A DNA stretch of 64,000 bases from Octopus vulgaris (GCA_951406725.2 OX597814.1:52204001-52268000), one strand, 5' to 3'; counted from the first letter of the stretch, positions 14,715 through 28,625 are shown. Program-made: numbers and translations. Notes: generated by a model from the letters alone, not told the origin.

Positions 14715-16220
14715 CATCATCATCATCGTTTAACGTCCGCTTTCCATGCTAGCATGGGTTGGACGGTTCAACTGGGGTCTGGGAAGCCCGAAGGCTGCAC
14801 CAGGCCAGTCAGATGTGGCAGTGTTTCTACAGCTGGATGCCCTTCCTAACGCCAACCACTCCGAGAGTGTAGTGGGTGATTTTATGTGCCACCGACACAG
14901 GTGCCAGACGAGGCTGGCAGACGGCCACGCTCGGATGGTGTTTTTTATGTGCCACCGACACAGGTGCCAGACGAGGCTGGCAGACGGCCACGCTCGGATG
15001 GTGTTTTCTTATGTGTCACCGACACAGGTGCCAGACGAGGCTGGCGGATTTTGGAGGTCAATGCTCCAGAGCACCTGCCACATACAAAAACTATCTTCCC
15101 AGTTAGCCTACCTTTGACATTGCTGCACCTCTTATGTGTTCATAGCTTACACTGGGTACATCTTCTGTCCATTTGCAGGATCTTTAAGCTTCCAGACCCT
15201 TCTCCTCCAAGCTGGTCTTCTGGGCAACCATTTAGCTCTGATCCTGAAGTCGCTAGCTACTAATCTATGTTGGGGAGTACATTCTTCGCCTGGGAAGGTT
15301 TTGGCATTTATAATCAGCCCTCTTTCCCTTTTTCTGGCAAGGATGTAGTCAATCTGGCTGGTGTGTCTGCCAGAACGGTAGGTGACTAGGTGAGAGGTGG
15401 GTTTCCTGAAGTGGGTATTGCAGACCATAAGGTCATTTGCATCGCAGAACTCCAGCAGCCTGGTTCCCTCCTCATTTCGAGAGCCAAAACCGTGGCCTCC
15501 ATGGATGCCATGGAAGCCCCTGACATGTCGTCCAACATGTCCATTGAAATCACCTGCCACGAAGAGAAGGTCACTGTCATTTGTCAATGAGGTAGTCCGC
15601 AATAGGGTGTCATAGAATTGGTCTTTTTGTCCTTCCGGTAGCCCTGGTTGAGGGGCATATGCCGAGATGATGGTAGCTGTCCTATGGTGAAGAACTAATC
15701 TAATTTTAATTACTCTGTCACTTACTCTGACTACCTCGATTACCTTACCTATCCATTTCTCCGCAAGAAGTATACCCACGCCCCCGACTCCGTCAATGTT
15801 CCCTGCCCAGAAAATCTTGTACCTGTGTTCCTTGCCCGTGAGGAGCCTAGCAGAACCTCCTCTCCACCTTACTTCCTGGATACAGCATACATCCACACGT
15901 CTCCGTTCAAGCAGCTCTACAATCTCTCCAGACCTACCTTTCAATGTGCCAACGTTGAGCGTGCCAACTCTGAGGGTTTGGGAGGTGTGGGCATCAGAGA
16001 CCCTGGGACGAGGGACAGCAGTGTCATGTACCTGAAAAGAAAGCTTGCATTTGGCAGATTTCATATGGAAACTCTAGACTACAACCTGCATACTTTTCAC
16101 AATTTTTGCGCTATATGTTCAGATAAGCCCTACATAGGTGCTAGTGGGGGAGGGGGTAGTTTCCGGTATTTGGGTAGAAACTTCCGGTATTGGTGGTGGG
16201 GGTGGGAGGGTGGGCGACAA
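14714..16220 (-). mobile_element. RTE-clade LINE, internally deleted (APE domain + Cys-rich segment + 3' tail)
   Basis: ORF 15147-16064 has APE motifs (TLNVGTL, CCIQEVRW, SAYAPQ, GDFNGHVG, GFGSRNEEG, SQIDYIL, PQHRLV). It is joined to a C..C..W.HKRC...C..C segment and then to the family-B tail with (GAT)n. The 5' boundary is approximate. Confidence 0.9.
14881..15045. repeat. About 63-bp tandem repeat (about 2.6 copies) in the RTE 3'UTR
   Basis: Unit tttatgtgccaccgacacaggtgccagacgaggctggcagacggccacgctcggatggtgttt, repeated head to tail. Confidence 0.9.
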
Positions 16221-16519
16221 AATCGAAGCAACTAGTTTGAATACTATATTTGAGAGGGAAAAATAATTAATTAGATAAATGACTGAATGAAAGCCAGAGA
16301 GAGAATGAAAATAGATAAATAATGAAGAAAAAAAAAAAAAAAAAATACGGTGAGAGACGAGGGGGCAGACATCAGCAACTGTGTAAACAACATGAAGTAT
16401 GAAAACAAACAAGTTAAATACGCAAACGTCGAGAGAAAAATGGAAATCAGGGCAAGTAACACAGAGAATGACTCTTCATCAGTTGTCGGCTGTCTGCCAT
16501 TTTTTATGATCAGTTCCAT

Positions 16520-17990
16520 TCCACTTCATATTCCTTTTTTGCAGCATCTTTGAATCTCAGTCTCGGTCTTCCATGGTTTCTTTTCCCCTTGCATAGTTGG
16601 GTGTAAAGGAGTTGTCTGGGGAATTGGCTGTTGTCCATCCTGTGGATGTATCTCAACCAAAGTAAATTTCCATCAATGATAATTTCAATCACAGCACACC
16701 AGAGGATCTCCTCATACCTGGTCTTATTAAACTGAGTGATATTCATAATTTGTCACAGCTGTCTCATCATATATACATGCAACTTGAATTTTATAGAATG
16801 TTCAGACTTCAGCTCCGTACAGCAGAGGAGAAAGCACTACAACCTGGTATTCCTTACAGTTAACCTGTATAGAAATATGACTATTTTTCCACAGCCTCTC
16901 CTGTAGCCTTCTGAATGAAGCACTAGCTCAGCTCTATCTGACTTCCTGGTCCAGTTATGCATTAGCTGAGATGGTGCTGCCTAGGCATTTGAATACTTTG
17001 CACTGGACCAGCCCTTCATGTCTAATAGTGATGTTTTCTTCCATTACAAAGGTAGGTAGGTTTTCCACAGGTTGGTACAGGTATTCGGTTTTTCTGATGT
17101 TAATCTTTAAGCTGAATTGTTGTGCAGCTCTGACAAGCTATCTACAAATTTCTGCATATTTTCAGCACTGGCAACCAGTACACTATCATCAGCAAACAGC
17201 ATCTCCCGTACAAGTATTTCATAGTGCATGTCTTTGCTTTATACTGTGCAAATTGAACAGACCAGTATTATGCTGGGTCTAGACGTAAATCCCCTCACCT
17301 CCAACTCATACAAAGGCAACTTTCAACATTGCTGTGACATTGAGGGAGAACAGTGCTGAAGCAAATACACAACCTTGTTTAATTCTATTTGTCATCACAA
17401 ACTCATATGAGGTATTACTATCTACATGCCAGCATTCCTTCATTCAAGGACCTGACCAAGTTGATGAACCTTCAAGAACATGTTTAAGAAGCCACCCAAA
17501 GTCCATCATGGGAGACTGTATTGAAAGCCTCTGTGAAGCCTAATAATACTACATACATAGACATGTTCAGCTGAATGCATTTTTCTTGAATTTGGCAAAG
17601 ACAGATGATTATGTCCACAGTACTTCTAATGCCTTGGAAACCACACTGAGTCTCAAATAAGACATTTGGACAAATATATTCATTTAGTCTGTATAATAAA
17701 ATATGAGCCAAGATCTTCTCAGCTACTGATAGAAGAGAGATTCCTCAATAGTTTTCATAGCTCACACTACAACCCTTTTTCAAGACTCAATACCACCATC
17801 TTTTCAGTCTTCTGGAACCGTTTCCATCTGGAGCATAATGCTATACAGGCTTTCAATAAGCTTCAGTCCTCCATGCTTCCAGATTTCAGTTGGTATGTCA
17901 CCTCTGCAAGGTGTTTTCATTTGTTTGATTGCATTATTGAATTCCTTTTAAGAAGGTTTGTCATCTAAGGATCAGATGGTTGGCTGTTGT
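16520..17990 (-). mobile_element. Old RTE/BovB-like LINE reverse transcriptase relic
   Basis: Fragments ETQCGFQGIRSTVDII..QIQEKC, AFNTVSHDGLW, GIKQGC, LLFADD and RQLLYTQL..GKRNHGRPRLRFKD, with stops and frameshifts. Confidence 0.85.
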
Positions 17991-18075
17991 GCAATCTTCT
18001 CAAGAGCAGTATAATTTACAACACCAATAACTTAACAGGTCAGCGAAAAAACCCATAGAATAAATACCAGGGTTG

Positions 18076-18557
18076 TGCAGACTTTTAAGCTATCTCCTCA
18101 GAGGTCTAATTGGGCCTGTGGCACCAAACTAATGAGAGCTAAATAGCATGACCATAATAAATCTATAATGGCTATATGTCCCAGTGGTGTTCGATCAGAA
18201 GTTAAGGACAGATGAAAATTAATTCTGTAATGCAATCATTCTATTGTTTCAGTCTCAAGTGGAATTCCAACTGTTGGCCAATTTTCCCAAAGTTATCTCA
18301 ATGGTAAATTAATGAAGTGAATGTCATTTAACTGCCCCCTTGATCTCTAACATCGCCAAGCTTTTCCTGCTTAGAATAGCAACTAAAATCCTTTTAAATC
18401 AGATCCTAATGTTGGCTGTTTGAGAACCAAATGAGGGGCAGATTTTCACTTCCAGGGTCGTCCTAATTCCAAAACAGTATAATATGTCTATGCAGAGCAA
18501 ATACAGGCTGAGATACAGGAGTCCCCGATGGACAGAATTTTGTTTTTATTATATACA
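18076..18557 (-). mobile_element. Non-autonomous Helitron-like element, truncated second copy of 22312-22800
   Basis: Colinear with the 22.3-22.8 kb element (ggtctaattgggcctgtggc; ttaaggacaga; aattctgtaatgcaatcattct; gagatacaggagtccc). It lacks the CTAG end. Confidence 0.7.
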
Positions 18558-19523
18558 TATATATATAATACATTAAAAGTCAGTTTCAATCTTGCCTTCT
18601 TATAATGTTAATCAGTGAAACTGGCGCATAATGGGAAAATAACATTAAATTTACCCTGAAATGTTAATATGAATCAAATGAAACAACTTTCGCGTAAATC
18701 GGTAGTTTTCAAGATATTAGAAATTTTCAGAGTATAAATACCCAAAATGATGCATAATGGGAAAATGTTCCAAAAATAATCTTCCTCGAAGAAAAGAAAC
18801 TTTTACCTTTCTATGAAACAGTGAGTTGACAACAAAAAAAAAAGGTTGTTTTTTTTTTTTTTTACAATTTCTATTTTCGCTTTTATTAAATAATATTTTA
18901 ATCATTTAGAAATAATTTTTAAGTGAATGTGATTTCAAAAATGTAAGCTGTTTGTACAGTAAGTATGTATATTTTAGCTTTCTTTAAACAAACAATATTT
19001 TTATGTTTTTTAAAATTATTTTCAAGTGAATATCATTACAAAAATTTTTGGCATATTTAAAAAATATTTTAAAGTGAAAATGACTTTAAAATACAGTAAA
19101 TATTTTATATATATATATATAAATTAATAATAAATATTAGGGAATAAATCCAAACTTACAGGGAAAAGTGTGATATTAATTATATTTTTTTAATAATTTT
19201 GTTATATATTTAAATAATATAAATTAAATAATCTTATGTATTGGCTTAAGTTTTTCATTGTTTGATTTGCCTAATAGTGGTTTTGTCTCTAATTTAATAT
19301 TATATATATATAATCTACATATTATGAGGCCACTCAGTGATGGCCAAAATACATCAGTTGAGTATTAGACCTAAGACTTTAAATATCTATCTCAATCCTC
19401 AACTTCAACATGTAATGAGCTTCCGTTGGGTCTTTTTGTTTTTTCTCCTTGAAGTTAATATTAATTGAAATTTCTGTAGGGAGACTTGAGGTGATAAAAA
19501 GGGAGCTTTCATACACACACACA

Positions 19524-19855
19524 CCATATTTGATGGCCTATAAGTTGCATCTTTTTTACCCAAAAATGACTTTAAAAATCCCCCTGCATCCAATGCACTC
19601 AATGTAGGCTCAAAACTCGCCTACAGTATGTATATTTACAAAACATGCTGCCATCTATTGGTGAACAATCACCTACAGTATGTTTATATTGAATGTGGAT
19701 GCAATAAATTGCTTATAATTACCGGTAATAACAAAGTTATACAGGTAAGTGGAGGAATTAAAACATTATTTTAGTGGCAATTTATTTTTAAAAAGTATGG
19801 TCTTAGCTAGGGTGCATTCTATGCACTCGTGCATCTTATAGACCATCAAACACAG
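19524..19855. mobile_element. pogo/mariner-type MITE
   Basis: TIRs CCATATTTGATGGCCTATAAGTTGCA and revcomp CTGTGTTTGATGGTCTATAAGATGCA; TA at the right flank. Confidence 0.7.
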
Positions 19856-20899
19856 TATATAAATAAACACAATCATCATATGTTGTAATAATTTTTTCTC
19901 ATGAAAAGGGAAACTGTTAGTACAATCTAGTCAAATAAGAAAAGAGACTGGTTGCCAAAAGTACTTTGTGAAAAATAAATAAAGTTACAAACTTCTCATT
20001 AGGCATACAGTAAATTTCACAGGAATATTTAATGCCTCTATTTTAAGAAAGCTGAACTCATATGATCTCAATATTCAAATAAGTCAGCCTAAATATATTT
20101 ATAATTCAAGTTTCCAGTTGTAGCTTTAAACACAGTCCTATAAAATTCTACATATTGAAAAGAACTGATGAAGTGTTGATATTCTTATTTGAAGAGAATA
20201 CTTTATTAATATGTAATTAATATCAATCAAGCTACATAAAGAGCAAATGATGCAACTTAGTCACAATTAGCAGTAAGCACTGTTTAAGCATATATACTAA
20301 TTATAGTTTAAAGTGTAAAAATTACATTACGCTCAATCACTTTTTCACTTGAAATGTCAACTTACAGATGTTCAACATGAACATAAAATGTATTAAGCCC
20401 AACCAATCAAAGAGCTAAACCACAAAAAAATTAAAATTTCAGCGCAAATACTTTTTAAATGTATTTCATGATGATGGAAAGTTATTTGGGGCCAGACACT
20501 TTGTGTTAGGTAGGTAGATTTCATAAACATAACGATACAAATGAGTAAGCAGTATGAACTTTTCTTCAATATTGATATTTCTAGTAGAGCTTTTCAAATT
20601 AAGACAGGTGAGTATGATAATACTGCAAAATTGATAAAGAAGCAACAGGAAAGAAACTAAAGAGCATGGCATACATTGAAGAATGCAAAGAACTTATATG
20701 TTGAACATTTGATTTCATTTTGTTCATTTGCAAAAATGTATTTGTCACTTGATCTAAATGGGCACTTTGTCTATGAATTTCATACTACATTATTTAAACA
20801 ACATTGTACAACTTTCTAAGAAGCAGCCTAATGAATTTCCAGATTTATGATTTGATTAGCTTGTGTTTCCTCAAATAAAATTTTTAAGAATTATTCTTA

Positions 20900-21152
20900 A
20901 TAGCCCTGAGCCAACCAAAGTCTTGCGAGTAGATTTGATAGGAACTGAAAGAAGCCTACCATTGTGTGTGTGTGTGTATTTTTATGTTTGTCCTCCACCA
21001 GTATTTGACAATGTTGGTTTGTTTACATCCCCATAACTTAACGCCTCAGCAAAAGAGACTGACAGAATAAGTACTATGGTTGATTCATTCAACTAAAACC
21101 TTTCAAGATGGTGCCTTAGCATTACAGCAGTCCAATGACTGAAACAAGATAA
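20900..21152 (+). mobile_element. SINE family A, 5'-truncated
   Basis: tagccctgagccaaccaaag...aactgaaagaagcc...gcagtccaatgactgaaacaag. Confidence 0.75.
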
Positions 21153-22311
21153 CATAAATGCAAGCATTTTGGAGAGAATATTTCTAATATCCAGATACAT
21201 GTCAACAATCTCTAGAGTCTGGGTCTCCAGCCAAACTGATTGCTGTTAATAATCAATCTGATGCCATATGATGGATTTCTCAGGATAAAATCCACCAGCA
21301 GATGTCTTAGATGTAGCAATAGAACCATTAAGAAAAGTCTCTTGGTACAACAAACATCATGAATGAATTCATAGAGTGGAGTGAGATGAATAACTCAAGA
21401 AATGCAATTGGTATAAAACAAAGGAAGACGCCCAACCATATGCTACATTTACCCATGGAGAGACCAGTGTGAGCCTCCCTTGAAAATCAAAAGTAGAGAG
21501 GTGAATGTGTAAGAGGCAAGGCAGACTTACCAAGAACTGGTGGAAGACTGAGCCCTGGTAGATATGGATCTGGCCCAAGAGTAGACTCATGACAGCTAGC
21601 TACTTTTGAGAATGTAATCTGTCATAAACTTGCATTAAATCCAAATACATCTTACTGAATTTTTTAATACATAATCAGGAGCTATACATTAGTCCATTGA
21701 GCACCTAAGCATTCTGGGAAACATTTTTATTCAAGTCATGCCACCAATTAGAAAAATGTATAAAATGACAAAAAAAATTTATTAGCATTCATAATAATAC
21801 ATTGATTAAACTAAATTGGATTTTTTATTGGTTTCAGTCAGATTGTGACCATACTTCAAGAGTTTAATCAGTTATATGAACATCAATATTTTGTCTGGTA
21901 CTTAGTTCAAATCCTATCTGGATAAATTTTGCTTTCCCTCCTTCTGAGTTTGTTAACTGAGATCACAAAGGGATGTAACAAACTACCACAATGTATTTTG
22001 ATTGATGCTTTATTGAGTATCATGCTTATTGCCCATTATATCATGCATCATAATGTGAAAAGAGTATATATTTAAAAAGTCAAGCTTTATTTGTTGAATT
22101 GAACTGATAGTCTAAAATTGAGACTCAGAACTTAAGCAAGGCTAGCAGAAAATAGGAATGAAACAGTTAATTCCTTTAAGCCATACCTGCAGAATAGCCC
22201 ATCATTCAATATAATACAAGTAACTTGAAATACCACTATGAAACCAAACTTCAAACTTTGTAAGAGATCCCAAAATCACAAAAACATTTTTACTTATAAA
22301 ATCATTTAATA

Positions 22312-22800
22312 CTAGTTTAAAAGCTGCACTCTCTGCAGACTTTTAAATTGGCTCTTGTGGAGGGTCTAATTGGGCCTGTGGCCTAAAACTAAAGAGAGCT
22401 GGATAGCACAACTACAATATGTCTATAATGACTATGTCCCAGTGGTTTTTGATCAGAGGTTAAGGACAGATAGAATTAATTCTGTAATGCAATCATTCTG
22501 TTTCTGATCACAACAAAATTAATGAAGTGAATGTCATTTATATCCCCCCTTGATCTCTAACATCATCTAACAAATGCCAACCAAGATGACATGAATCAGC
22601 CAAGCTTTTCCTACTAGAAATAACAACCCAAATGCTTTTAAATTAGATCCCAATGCTGGGTGTTCAAGAACCAAATGAAGGGCAAATTTTCAATCCTAGG
22701 ATTCCTAATTCCAAAAAAGTATTATACAGCTATGTAGAGCAAATGTAGATTGAGATACAGGAGTCCCAGACAGACAGAATTTCGCATTTATTAATATAGA
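22312..22800 (-). mobile_element. Complete non-autonomous Helitron
   Basis: On the minus strand: A|TC TATATTAATAAATGCGAAATTCTGTCTGTC ... hairpin CTGCA-N5-TGCAG (22324-22338) ... CTAG|T. Inserted between A and T with no TSD. Confidence 0.75.
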
Positions 22801-23470
22801 TGACACTATTGAGAATCAACAAATATAAAATGATATAAATATTAATATTTTCATCTTGATATATGGTTATAGATCTAAATACAAAATTTCAATGGCTAGT
22901 CAACATAAAACAAACTCCAACTTTAGGCAAATGTTGTAAAATACAAAATATCCTAAAAGTACTTCAACAGGCACCTAGGTATTAGAAGAATATACAAACA
23001 TATAAGATAACAAATGCTATTTCTATGTTTCCTCTGAAGTTAAGCATAAAATACTAACTTCAAAATATTGAAGAACATGATCCTGGAATATAACATCCAA
23101 CCTATTCAGAACTAAACTCAGTGTCCAACATCCCTAAATTGCCCTTGTGCCAGACATTATTTAACAAAAATAAAGCAGAGAAATCAGAAATACGGTTCAC
23201 CAACTCATTGGATTCTGTCAAATCATCCAACTCAAGCCAGAATGGAAAATGGGCATTAAATGATAAAGATGATGACCTAGAAACTAGATTGCCATGTACA
23301 CAAAACATTAAAATTATTAATTTCATCAATTCAAATGCAAGACCAACCAAAAGTTTAAAACTGATTACAAAACTTAATGAAATTTCTTTCTTTTACTGTC
23401 TATTAGTAATATGTTGAGTATGTTTGTGCAAATGATAGTGCATATTGTTTCTCATCAAATTACAAATATA

Positions 23471-23830
23471 GGCACAGGAGTGGCTGTGTAATAAGAAGCT
23501 TGTTTCTCAACCACGTGGTTAAGATTTCAGTCCCACTGTGTGGAACCTTGGGCAAGTGTCTTCTACTATAGCCTTGAGTGGATTTGGTAAACAGAAACTG
23601 AAAGAGGTCCATCGTATATATATATGTATATATGTGTGTGGGTGTTTGTCCCCCCCCCATCACCACTTGACAACTGGTGTTGGTGTGTTTACATCCATGT
23701 AACTTATAGGTTCAGCAAAAGAGACCGACAGAATAAGTACCTGGCTTAAAAAGTACTGGAGTCAATTCATTTGGCTTCAAAGTGGTGCCCCAACATGATC
23801 ACAGTCTAATGACTAAAACAAGTAAAAGGT
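23471..23830 (+). mobile_element. SINE family A, full-length moderately diverged
   Basis: GGCACAGGAGTGGCTGTG head, CCTTGGGCAAGTGTCTTC motif and tail GGTGCCCCAACATG..CACAGTCTAATGACT. Confidence 0.85.
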
Positions 23831-25556
23831 GTAAAAAAAAAAAAAAAAAACGTATATGCAAAGTATTACTCCTTAATAATAGCTATAAAATCTCAATTTA
23901 GCATTACAGAAAATGCTAAGATTTTAATCATAACTTTCAAAAGGGTATACTATCAAACTTCACTCAAATAATTGTAGGCTAGTTAAAACTTAAAATCACT
24001 ATATATGGCAAACAAATCATTAGAAGACCTGGGTCCAAAGATTACCAGAAAGAGATATAGACCTGCATGTTTTTAATATTTATAATCTTTTAATCAAGGA
24101 TTATATAACAAGATGCTTATTAGATTTCACTGTTAAGTAAATCCCAAACTCAAAAATTTATGTGATTGCTGAAAGTCTTTCACATGACATACAATGCCAT
24201 GTGAAAGAATGTCTTCTACTCAACATTACATTAAAAATTTTCAGTATATTAGACTTCTAACTTGGACATGTATATAATCTTTTATTGTCAGTCCTTTGAT
24301 TGATTTACAGATGGTACAGTTTTCTAAAAAGAAGTTTCCTGTGATTCTAAAGATTAAATTTAATAGCAGTATGACTTGAACTTCTAACTTCAACAGTAAT
24401 GAATTTAACATGTTCAAATGAGCTCCACAAGTTCTGCTAAGTTATAAGTGTCTTGATACTAATTTGGCAAAGGAAAAGCTTTCAAACAAATAAACACCAT
24501 TGTTAATGTTAATGTTAATTACAGAATGTGTATAAACAGAATTATTCATGCAGACTAAAAATACATTGCAATATCTAGTTTAACGCCTTTTACATTCCAA
24601 GTTCAAATCACACAAAAGTTAACTTTACATTTTATCCTCTGAAGTCAATAAAGACAAACTATTAGCCAAGAAATAGGATTGCACTTAATTGACTATACCA
24701 TCCCCCAAAATTTCTGACCACATGCTATACTAGAAAAAAAAATGTTAAAAATTCAATTACAGAATATAATTGAATATGGAAATTATATGCAGAATATAAT
24801 TTGCATACCATTTACCATAAACAAAATAAATTTAAATGCAAGAGCCATGTAGGTGGATGTTGACCATCTCCCAATGAAAGCAACACCCTCAAGTCATTAA
24901 TAGGTGATCAACAAGCATGTGACCAGCACAAAATTTTTTATTTTTTAAGTAAAACACTGCCTTGATTTGGTAAGGTTATGTAATATCAGTGACTAGTGTG
25001 ACTCAGCCAGTGATTCAGAGACATCTAGACAGTTCTTAGGTAGCCAACCCACTAGATTCATTTAGATGCCCTTACCAAAGAGAGTTCAGTAGGATCTCTA
25101 ATATTAAAATGGAAATTATCAATTAATACTGAGTTCCACAGTGTAAAAGCTGGAAAGTATTGTCTCTGATAGTTGTTAAATTAGTAGAAAATGTGGAAAC
25201 TACTGTAAAATAAAGGAAATTTCATGTCTTATAATTCCTGGTTGAAATCCTTTCATTATCCATTGTTAATAGCCTTGTAAAAAGAACACAATATCACTTT
25301 TCTTAAGTCATCAATATTTTTCAGCTTATTGATTACCATTCAAGGTCATACATAACTATCTTTCAAATGACTTTAATTGATAGGAATTAACTAGTTGTCT
25401 CATTTACAGTAACTATATCAATTTATAACTTACCTACTTATCATACTAACTGACAATGCTAATAACAAATTTACTAACAGGAGTAATATCAAACGATCAT
25501 ACATTTTAGGATCATGTCTAAATAGTGTCATGAGGCATGGTCATGTATTAAAAATA

Positions 25557-25912
25557 GGTACAGACATGGCTGTGTGTATGAAGTTTGCTTCATGGTTCCA
25601 GGTTCAATCCCACTGCATTGCACCTTGGGCAAGTATTTTCTACTGCAGCCTCACGCTGACCAAAAATTTGAGTGGATTTGGTAGACAGTGTCTGAAAGAA
25701 GCCCAGTGTGTGTGTGTGTGTGCGCGCGTGTGTTTGTACCCCACCACTGCTTGACAACTGATGGCATTTTTACATCCCTGTAACTTAGTTTGGCAAAAGA
25801 AACCAAGACAATAAATACTAGACTTTAACAAAAAAATACTGAGGTCAATTCATTCAACTAAACTTCTTCAAGGAATGCTCCAGCATGACTACTATCTAAT
25901 GACAAACAAAAG
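25557..25912 (+). mobile_element. SINE family A, diverged
   Basis: Same architecture as 23471-23830. Confidence 0.8.
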
Positions 25913-28474
25913 ATACCAAAATAACTAAAAAGCAATGCCAAATAACTGGAAAAAAAAAACTGTTGCTAAATTTCCTGTTTTTGATTTGTTCCGAAATCAT
26001 CGCCTTTGTAGGAGTAAATTTGTTAAGTAGTGTATAGGATGCTTGAATTTAGATTACATTTTAGTATCAAAATACTAATCAACCTGGCATGGCAGTCAAA
26101 ACAGTAAGAAACTCTCGGAAAAGCTAACTCTCATAACTTGTATGAGTAAAATCAACTTGCTACCACATTAACTGCTTGACCACTGTCCTCTCTTTCTCAG
26201 CCCTGCTCCCCTCTATATATCAATCACTGTATTTACTTCCTTGTCTACTTTGTGTCCCTACAGTATAACCTAGTACATTTTTCATTGCTGCTGACAAAAC
26301 CAGAGTGGTAGAATGTTCTACTCCCAACAACTAAACTTATTAATACATACAAACTATGTTCGTGTGATCAGAATTAATCTGACTTAATAAAATTAATGTA
26401 ATAGCATGTTAATCATTTCCTCTTTTCTCATTACTTCATGCATTATGTATTTGCACATAAAATCATCAGTTTAAATTACTAGTGCAGTCTATTTAAAACT
26501 AGCTACTTAAAACAAGTATTGTACAAGAAATGAAGCCATTTCAAAAACCAGTACACAATGAAGACACTAAATCTTAATTGAATGCATGTATGTGTACTAC
26601 AAAATACTGTCACATCCACTGTGAGAACTAAACTAGCTTGTCATAAAATCAGTATACAACTGGACCGATGCCTATTAAGGCTGGGAAAAATGAATCATAA
26701 GGAACTTTATAAAGGGAAAGCTGTTAACTATATCATGATTATTTTCATAAATTCAAGTTAAATTCTGCTAGTCAATTTACTAACTAAAATGTAACAATTA
26801 AGAACTGTGGGGATAAAAAAGACAACACCACCATTTGCATTTAATAATTTATGCAAAGTAATATTTACATTTATAACAAATTTCTAAAATGTATATTTGA
26901 CAAACACAAAGTTTGCATGATTGAAAATATCCCTAAACTAATTTTTAACCCCCAAAATAAACATTGGAATTGATAAATAAATCAACCGAAAAAAAAAAAA
27001 AAAATAATAACTATGGTCTGTAGTAAAATTAATTTTTCTATTTTACATACATTGAGCAGCTGCAATTTGTATTTGAATGGCATTCTTATTTCATCTATAA
27101 AGATTAACTTTTGTAAGTTCTGATCTAATTACCACAATACTGCTCATTGCATTCGTTTTCAAATATACCATAAAAATCCATGTAATTTATGCATTTTTTT
27201 TTGCAAAAATAAAAAACTTCAGGGGTGTGTAAATTATATGAGAAGATTGTTTCCAGAATTTTTTTAGAAATTTTTTTTTTTTGCTGAAAAAGGACAAACA
27301 AAACGTAAACATTCATACTGGAAGTTGACTAAATGTCAGAATAGATTTTTACAGAAAAAATAAGGGGTTAAAAATAATTAAGTTGACTTTTATTTAATAT
27401 GGACGGTATAATGCTTAATTTTTCTGTATGAATTTACTAAAACCATTGAATGGTTAATTACTCTTTGAAGTCTGACATTCTTACTGGTAATAACGGTCCA
27501 TGCCATATTTTACATATTTTACTCAGATGATTAGTGTCATCCAAGCTGATGTTTATTGGTAATTAAACTTAATTTTTAACACCTGTACGTATTTATCAGC
27601 TTTGTTTTTGTTGATAATTTTTATCAACAACTTTTCATCTGATTGTGATTTGAGAAGACATACAGCAGTGTGCTAATAATCAGACATAATCACTAGTGGG
27701 GCAAGAAATGTAAAATAAAGTTTATTATAAACAACACAAACACTTTGTAATCTAATAGCTTTTAATATGATACCTGTTAAACAGAAATTATTTTTATTTT
27801 ATGAAAATTTAATAAAATCTAATTATAAGTGAAATTATGCTAAATACAACTAAATTGAAAACCTTTTCCCTCTGACCATATCAGCAATTCTGAAAACTTT
27901 TGGGTGTAAATTTTACATTAGTCGAAGCTTTTTTTAACAATTTTTATCCTGAAAAATCACCTGCATAAATTACACCAGTGCACAAATTACATGGGGTTTT
28001 ACAGTATGTCCAAAAACTACTAATACCCAAAGTATAGATAATAACTACCTTCTCTTTATCATTGATTTTTAGATCACTCTTCATATACATACCTCTACCA
28101 TATAAAAATAATTCCTTTATTAGATCCCTAGTTTAAATATTTCCCACTTCATAAGACATTGTTATAGCATTAAATGCCATTCATTTTAGATGGAGTTGGT
28201 TATCTTGTTCATATTATTGTTGGTTTATAGACGTTGGTGGATTGGTTATAGCAGTACTTGTATTGAATTTGGTGTTGGTGAAGGTTGATGTGTGTGTGTG
28301 TGTGTGTACACACAACAACCAACACCAAAGAACATTTGAATAATAAATTGGCAAAAACTAAAACAATATCAACAAGATAGCAATGACTGTAGCTACATAT
28401 GTTGTATATTAACACAATGAGGGGAGAGAGAGAGAAAGAGAGAGAGCAGAGTGTGGAGTTTTTATGGTTTAAAT

Positions 28475-28625
28475 CAGGGTTGCAAAGAGCCCACGAAACT
28501 GGTAATCCTCCAACTAGTTGTAATCAGACAGGACTAGCTCCCACATGACTCCATCACCCTTTCAACTTCACATTTCCATTCTTTCGTCATAGAAAGGAGA
28601 TAATTTTTTGGCTCTTGCAAACCTG
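28475..28625. mobile_element. Possible hAT-type MITE
   Basis: CAGGGTTGCAAAGAGCC and revcomp CAGGTTTGCAAGAGCC terminal inverted repeat; no TSD recognised. Confidence 0.45.

Noticed and set aside
14881-15045. Direct repeats resembling a CRISPR array
   Set aside because: The units are head-to-tail with no unique spacers, lie inside an RTE 3'UTR, and there are no cas genes in this eukaryotic context.
15147-16064. Host 'craniofacial development protein 2-like' gene or in-frame TENT4-endonuclease fusion
   Set aside because: It is an RTE APE domain flanked by other RTE parts, and its splice phase is incompatible with exon 1.
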